Shown here: one piece after another, positions 56,796 to 64,000 of the stretch
How positions within the stretch are numbered: position 1 is the stretch's first letter
Layout of the letters: each line of letters begins with the position of its first letter
Assembly: GCF_009914755.1 (NCBI RefSeq)
Contig: NC_060927.1
DNA from: the human T2T-CHM13v2.0 reference genome, Homo sapiens
DNA length: 64,000 bases
Direction: 5' to 3' (one strand)
The notes under the pieces: generated by a model
Seen by the model: only the letters and a program-made list of their open reading frames with translations
Databases searched by the model: none
Told to the model about the DNA's origin: nothing
Position numbers and translations under genes: made by a program

Positions 56796-59381
56796 GAAAA
56801 TAGATTGCAGGCAGTGGTAGAAGCAGGCAGATGAGTTAGTAGGCTGTTCAATGAGACAATAAGAAATGATGGTGGTAGTGGTCCCAGGTGATAAAGGCCG
56901 GGGGGTGGAGGAGAAAAGGCATCGCATTCTGAATATACTGAGAGTAAAACCAGTAGGATCTCCTGACCATTTGAAAGTGGGACATGAGATAAGAGGAGGA
57001 ATCAAAGCGTCTTTCCAAGTTTCCTATCTCAGCAATCAGATGCATTTGCCATCCGTTGAGGTAGGGGTGACTATGGCTGGAGAAAGACTATGAATGAAGC
57101 TGGTTTGGTGAATTTTGAATGTTTACATTTGAAAAATTATTTTAGCCTCCCCAAATGACAAACACATGTAACTGGGCTATTCATAAAATAACTACAGAAT
57201 TTTTTTTTTTAAAGTAATTCATCATACACGGTAAGCAGTGTGGTTCAGTGATAACACAAATTGAAAGGTGAATGACAACCATTTTCTCTGCTAGGGGATG
57301 TTGGGTATCCCTGCGAGTGTGTGTCTAACTCTGCTTGGAGAAAACACGGATGCCTCTGTGGTCAAGAGGTCCAGCTCAAATGGCTCTTTTGCCTCTGCCA
57401 TGACAGGCCCTAAGTACAGAGCTTATTTGTTTATTAAATGCAACAACAACAGAAAAGCCTTGTCATATCCTGTTCCGTAGATGAAAAAGCTAGAGGCTTT
57501 TCAGGAGAAAAAAATTACACTAATCTTAGCAAAGATAATTTTCTGAAACTTTCCTTTCGTGGATGTGGCTGTATCCCTTATCAGTTGTAGTCTTCACTGT
57601 GTATGCAGTAGGGGAAAGTGAAGGATGGAAAGAGGGTTAGGCTGACTCCCAAGATTCCAGAAAACAGTTTGTTCTTTTTATTAGTTGTGAAGCTGAAAGC
57701 TGAATCCTACAACACCACAATTCTTGATATTTTCACTCCTCTGAACATGTGAGTTTAATTCAAGATAAGAAATGCTTCGAGTCCTGTTAAACTTACACAC
57801 TGTCTGTTGTGTTATGAATTGTAGGGCACATTTCAGAACAAGTGGAGGGCTGATTATAAATGATCCTTTGGTGCCAGCAAAAAAGGTGGTAGCTCAGGAT
57901 GCTAGGTTACTATAAAAACACCAGGGGAATGGGAAGAGTGAAAGGATGCCATGTGGAGAAGAAATAAATTTCTGAAATAATACCTGCATGCCACGTCTAA
58001 TGTTTTCCTTTCATTAAATTCATAGGTAATAAGAAGAATGCTGCTAATATGCAAAAATATCAATAACCTTGAAATGTATTTAGGTATATGTGAAGGTAAA
58101 TTCTCAAGGGCTTTTAAAAAATATAGATTCTTTTTAAGTATGCGGTACAGCAGATAAACAGAACAAAATATTTTTCAAGCTGCAACCACGGAGCTAACAA
58201 CTAAGCAGGAAGAAAGGCGCCATGATTAATGCTCCATCTATTAATAAGCAATTTGGACTTTAGCCATCAATAGAACCATTGTTGGTCAATAGTGCCACCA
58301 ACAGTTAAGTCATGAGGTTTGACATCAGCTAGGTCTGATAGATTCCTGCATCACCACTCAGGACAATTCCTGAGCCTGTTTGTGCCTCAGTTTCTTAATT
58401 TGTAAAGTAGATGAACACAGTTGCGAGGATTAAATGAGAAAATATGCACATACAGTTCAGTGCGATGCTTGGGAGTGCAGTGAGAGCTCAATAAATGGTT
58501 GTGCTGACAATAAAGATGATGAGGACAATCATCAAGAGAGTCATTTCAACTCAGTGGTAAGATTACAATTTCCAGGGCAGAATAAAGCATTCAGCAGAGT
58601 CACGGTCCAAGGCCTACCCTAATGACTCGTTAGGTCAATTAAAAAAAGAGGACAATTTCTCATTGATATAGAAACTGATGGTATTTGTCAAATTCAGCTC
58701 AGTAGAAATGCCACAGGAATAACACAAAATGCATTTTTAAAAACTACTGAGCTTTGCATAGAAACCTAAGTAGTACTTGTTATGATAAAGTTGTAGATAT
58801 TGTTTATAGAATGTGATCAGGTGGCAGAGTGACAACCTGAACCTCGAGTGGTCCAGGATGAATCAAGAGATGCTTTCACTGACCTTTATCATTTCACGTG
58901 GATGAAATTATAACTTTCAGAAAGCATTATAATAAATTTATAGTGCACACTATTTTAGAGGCTGACATGTACAGTTCTTTTTCCAGCTCAGTATTGAAAA
59001 TGGAAATAAAACCGAATGGTGCTAGAATTAGTAGGAGAATTAAGAGAGTAAGGAGAAAAACTGCTTCTCACTCTAATGGGTTTATAACACCCAACGTGGC
59101 ACGAAAGCCGTGGCAAAAACAGTTACTCAAAGGAATTGTAAATTTCCCTCCTCTTCTCTATTTTCTTGCCAAAGGCAGAAAATACCTCAGAAAGAGATGG
59201 AAAACCATGGTTTTGAAGACACTGGTATGTCTTTGGTGAAATGTTCTATATCTATAACTTGTGATTAAGCTCAGGATAGACATTTGGAGAGAACCATTTG
59301 TAGGGGATGGCTGACCTTCCGAGTAGAAAATAAATGCAAAGCTGAAGAGGATTATTTCTATAATTTCTTAACATAATCTTA

Positions 59382-59786
<405 letters not shown>

Positions 59787-60357
59787 CTTGATTACAGACT
59801 CTGTTTAAACAAATATACCTTATTTCAAACATTCGTCATATACTCTGAGGGAAAAAATGTATTAACAGATAAAGATGAGGTGATTTGGAATAATCCTACA
59901 CCATACCATGAAGAATAAAAGTAAAAAAAACCCTTTAACATACATGAGCTGCTTGGCCCAGAACTGATCATTTCTGAAAACCTTGTTTTAAAAAGACACT
60001 GTTGATTTGGTCTTGGATTCTTATTATTTTACTCAGGAGTAGGATTCTGAACATTTATAGTGGAGTCAATTATTTTAATCATATGGGTCAGACCCGAAAT
60101 ATTACAAATACTAAATAAATACAGCTTCAAAGAATTTCTGGAGTATCTATTTTCTAACTACATGGCCCCAGGTGTTAATCTATAATCAGGGTTGCCCCTA
60201 TTTCTCCAAATTCTCAGGAAATTGTTAGTTTTCTTTACAACTTATTGCATGAAACTAATGGTCCCATTTTTTTCAGAGTATTAATAAAACATTTGTTTTA
60301 GCTTAGTCTTATAATAGGGTAAAATATGAAGCTCTAACTTTAATATATTAAAGCATG

Positions 60358-60741
60358 TGATACGGTTTTGCTGTGTCCCCACCCAAATCTCATGTTGAAC
60401 TGTAAGCCCGTGTTGGGGGAGGAACCTGGTGGGAGGTGATTGGTCATGGGGCAGATTTCCCCTATGCTGTTCTCATGATAGTGAGTGAATTCTCAGAATA
60501 TCTGGTTGTTTAATAAAAGTGTGTAGCACATCCACATTCACTCTCTCTCTCTCTCCTGCTCTGCCATGGTGAGACATGGTGGCTTCCCTTTTGCCTTCTG
60601 CCATGATTATAAGTTTCATGAGGCCTCTCAGCCATGCTTCCTGTACAGCCTGCAGAACGGTGAGTTAATTAAATTTCTTTTATTCATGAATTACCAAGTT
60701 TCAGGTAGTTGTTTAAAGCAGTGTGAGAATGCACTAACACA
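60358..60741 (+). mobile_element. MSTA/THE1D-like MaLR solo LTR
   Basis: tgatacggttttgctgtgtccccacccaaatctcatgttg ... gcactaacaca; TSD gcatg/gtatg. Confidence 0.85.
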
Positions 60742-61980
60742 GTATGTATGTGCCCATATATACTTTCAGGAATGATGCTATAGTCATTGTTTATCACCAG
60801 AGTTCCAAACCTGAAAGTCCTCGGTCTGACAGGCCTAGGCTTAAATAATAATCACACCAGTGAACATTTACTGAGTGCTTACCATGTGCTAAGTGCTTTT
60901 TCTTCGGTGGTCCATTTGTCAGCATCTTGGATGTCTCCAAGCTCTCCAGCTTTCTGGGATTAAATCATCCTTTAAGGTTTTAGAAAAAAAACAAACTCAG
61001 TCTCACTTCACAAATGGATGTCATCCCATTTCTGCTCTGCAAAGCTCCCTGGGCAGGTGCCTATGGTCCCCAAGTTCCCTCTAACTTGGTGATTGCCTTC
61101 CTGTCTCTTGGCCTCCATTCTTCCTTTCCCTTTCCCCTCTTGCCCTCTCTTTTCTGCACCATGTCACCTCACTGTGCATCCACTGTTTCAGTTCCTTCAC
61201 AGCCCAAAGCACTTACCATTCAAGGCTGTGTACAAAACAGACTTTACAAAAGGCTTACAACTTTGAGGGGAGTTATTGAAGCAAGATTTTAAATTCCTAG
61301 TGCTCTCCCATCATCTCGTATTTAGAAGAACGCTACAGATAATGGGAAATTGAAAGCCACAGGTCTACACCTTTGCTCAGATTGAAATAGATGGCATCTT
61401 TATGTGGGAAAAAAGAGACCTGACTCACCAGGGGCTACTATAAATGGAAAGACTCCAAAACCTCCTAATAATATTTAACTTAATAATGCTAAGTCACAAA
61501 GGTTTTGTAAACTGGTGGATCCTAGTAATAAAACAGATACACACAGACACACACATACTAATTTTAATAGTCTAAACCAGTGGCTTCCATCATTTTCACG
61601 TGGTCACTTAATAAACCTTTCTCCCTTTGTTAATTTGGAAGCTGAAACCTAGCTATGTTCACATAGCATATAATCTGACACCTGGGAACGAAAATGAGTT
61701 TTGCTCAAAATGCGTACAAGACAGAGTGAAGAAAGCCAAACAAAACAAAATAGGTCATGTTTTCCATTCTAGTGATCATCAACCACATGGGGTTAAGGCA
61801 AGTTGTCAGAACATTATTGGATTGCCCACAAATGAAATCCATCAAGTGATGGTTAGTCTGTTGATTGAAACTCTCAAACGTCACTGCTACCATGTGCCTT
61901 TGGGAATTCCCAAACTGCTCATTCTGGCACCACAGGAAGTGAAGAAGAGCAATAAAGACAAGAAATGAGAATAGGTTAAG

Positions 61981-62158
61981 CCAGAGGGTCTCAGCCTTGG
62001 CACACATTAGGATCACTTGGGGGAGCTTTTATATATCATGATGCCCAGGCCACAGCTCAGGCCAGAGGAGGTAGGAATCTCCATGAATGGGACCCAGGCA
62101 GCAGCATATCTTAGAGTCCCCAGATAATGCAATGTGCAGTCAATGCTGACAGCCACTA
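61981..62158. mobile_element. MER5-type hAT MITE
   Basis: ctcagccttggcacacattaggatcacttggggagcttt ... aatgtgcagtcaatgctgacagccact. Confidence 0.6.
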
Positions 62159-63714
62159 TATTAGATTGAAAGCAACAACTAGCAAAACATGGAAAAGGTG
62201 ATCAAAAATGTATTAAAAATGCAAACAGTGATGTCCCTTATAAATTAAGGATATAAACATTACCAGTGATAATGTATTTGCTGACCACAGCCGATTATAA
62301 CAGGAATCTCTGGACTTACTATTTATCTGGACTTTGTAACACTCATAGATTCTTATGCTTAGCTAAAAAATGGCGCCACCATTTTTTTTAACTTAAATCA
62401 AATATCTCTTGATAATGGTGATGTTCTTGAGAAGTACCTGACCTGAGAAGATTAAAATCTCTTGAAACAGGTGAATTGAAAAGATATTATAAGTATACTG
62501 TCCAGACCTAGGTACTGAGATGAATTTTAGAACTACATAGATATCAAAAGTCAAAGAAAACACAAGTATTGGAGGGAAAAAGATACTATGCTTACTAAGA
62601 TTAACCCACAAGAAGATGCTAGTAATATCAATTTCTTTGGCCAAAAAAGTTTTAAAGGAAAAAGGAAGCTCTCTTCAACTGAGTTGGCTAAAAGGTTTGT
62701 AAGTTTTCAGGGTCTGAAATGTCTGAATCATTTTTGCAAGTAGTGGAAAAAACAAATGGTGAAATTTTGATTGATTTTCTTTGAGATAATCTTTGGTTTA
62801 TGAAGCCATAAAGCAAAACTGGGGATGATTCTAATCCCATTATTAATCTCATGATTTATTTATAGATTACTAAAACTCCATCATTAATAAAAGTTATACT
62901 TCAGACTGGCATACTATCAGAATAAATAAAGAGAGTTTTTCCCTCCTGGAATTCTTAAGCCAAATACTCTCATATAATTTTGCTTATCTCAGTTTTTAAG
63001 GTCTCAAGAGCACCTCACTCCCATGGCTTTGGAAGTATCCGCTACAGCACATTAGAGCTAATTTCTCCTGATCCACCTGTTAAAATATTGACCGTACTTA
63101 TTACCATTAGGAGCAAGTTTATATGCTTAAATCTTGCCAGGTTCAGCATAAACATTGACAATGATAAGTTGGGCTGATGAAAACCAATCAATACTATTTC
63201 CTACACATCACTTTCGTAATGCCTCACAGAATTACAGGTGATTAACTGCAGAAGAATATGTCAGCAGTAAAAATTAGTGTTATCTGTGGTCCATGTTTAT
63301 TGGTCATTTAATTCTTATAAGTCAAATTATTTTGACTTAATGTGATTCTAAATTACATTAAAACCACGCAAACCAGAACCAAAATATTCATTAAGATGTA
63401 AGACTCCAATATTCATGATGAATGAACTTTCATTTAGATTTATCCTTTGTTATAAGTTAACCATATTACCTACAGTTATAAGTTTGTATAATTTAAAATA
63501 TGACAAAGAAAATATCTGCAAGAGACCAAAGCCTCAGACTTAAGAAATGTTCAGGCTTCAGCATACCTTGTTTTGGATGAAAAGTGGGTCTAAAAAATCA
63601 TCTTGTTACAGCCTGGTCAGGAGTGTGTGAAATATCTGGGCAAAGCAAAAAACAAAAAGCAAAGAAACACACAAAATTCCACTAACCACCCCCCACCCCA
63701 CTACCAAATCTCTC

Positions 63715-63791
63715 TCACACACACACACACACAGACACACACCCACCCACCCAACTAACCAAACAAGCAAGCAAGCAAACAAACAAACAAA
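63715..63791. repeat. (CA)n followed by (CAAG/CAAA)n simple repeats
   Basis: Read directly from the sequence. Confidence 0.85.
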
Positions 63792-63865
63792 CTGAGGATG
63801 GGGGACACATTTCTTGAGTTCTGGTGGGAGTCAGGGCTCCCAGCTCTGGAGGAGTGATCTACAGC

Positions 63866-64000
63866 AGCATTTCTCAAAGGATGTGAGTGGATAAAACCCT
63901 TGAGATGTTCTACAGAAAAAGAGTTCTGTAGACAAATTGGAGAAGTGTCACTCACCCACTGGAGATTACCTGTGCATGTTAGTCTATTAAAGCCACTGAG
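63866..64000. mobile_element. MER103C-like hAT MITE, runs off the window
   Basis: cagcatttctcaaagg ... gtgcatgttagtctattaaagccactgag. Confidence 0.5.

Overview
Primate genomic DNA, almost certainly human (it contains an AluYb8 with the diagnostic 7-nt duplication). It looks like a gene desert or a very large intron: I see no protein-coding exon, no CpG island and no recognisable RNA gene. Every ORF that resembles a real protein comes from a retroelement (L1 ORF1/ORF2, ERVL pol). Most of the window is interspersed repeats: a near-full-length L1PA7/8-like element lacking its RT domain; MER4 and ERVL proviral remnants; solo or partial LTRs (MER61, MER41A, MER41B, LTR12, LTR14C-like, LTR15, THE1C, MSTA, several MLT1/MLT2); about ten Alus; DNA-transposon fossils; and L2/MIR relics. 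Repeat family names were assigned from memory of consensus sequences, not from a search. The most unusual structure is at 16918-17948. A ~363-bp insert made of inverted copies of two separate neighbouring segments, bounded by a 12-bp direct repeat, creates two interleaved ~93%-identical inverted repeats with pseudoknot topology. Other notable items: an Alu-L1 chimera inside one TSD, a MER41B keeping both STAT1/GAS sites 1.7 kb upstream of an LTR12 promoter, a 41-bp minisatellite apparently born inside an MLT1 LTR, and a mosaic AluS/AluY with intact TSD. The sequence alone does not demonstrate a new functional system; these are testable candidates.
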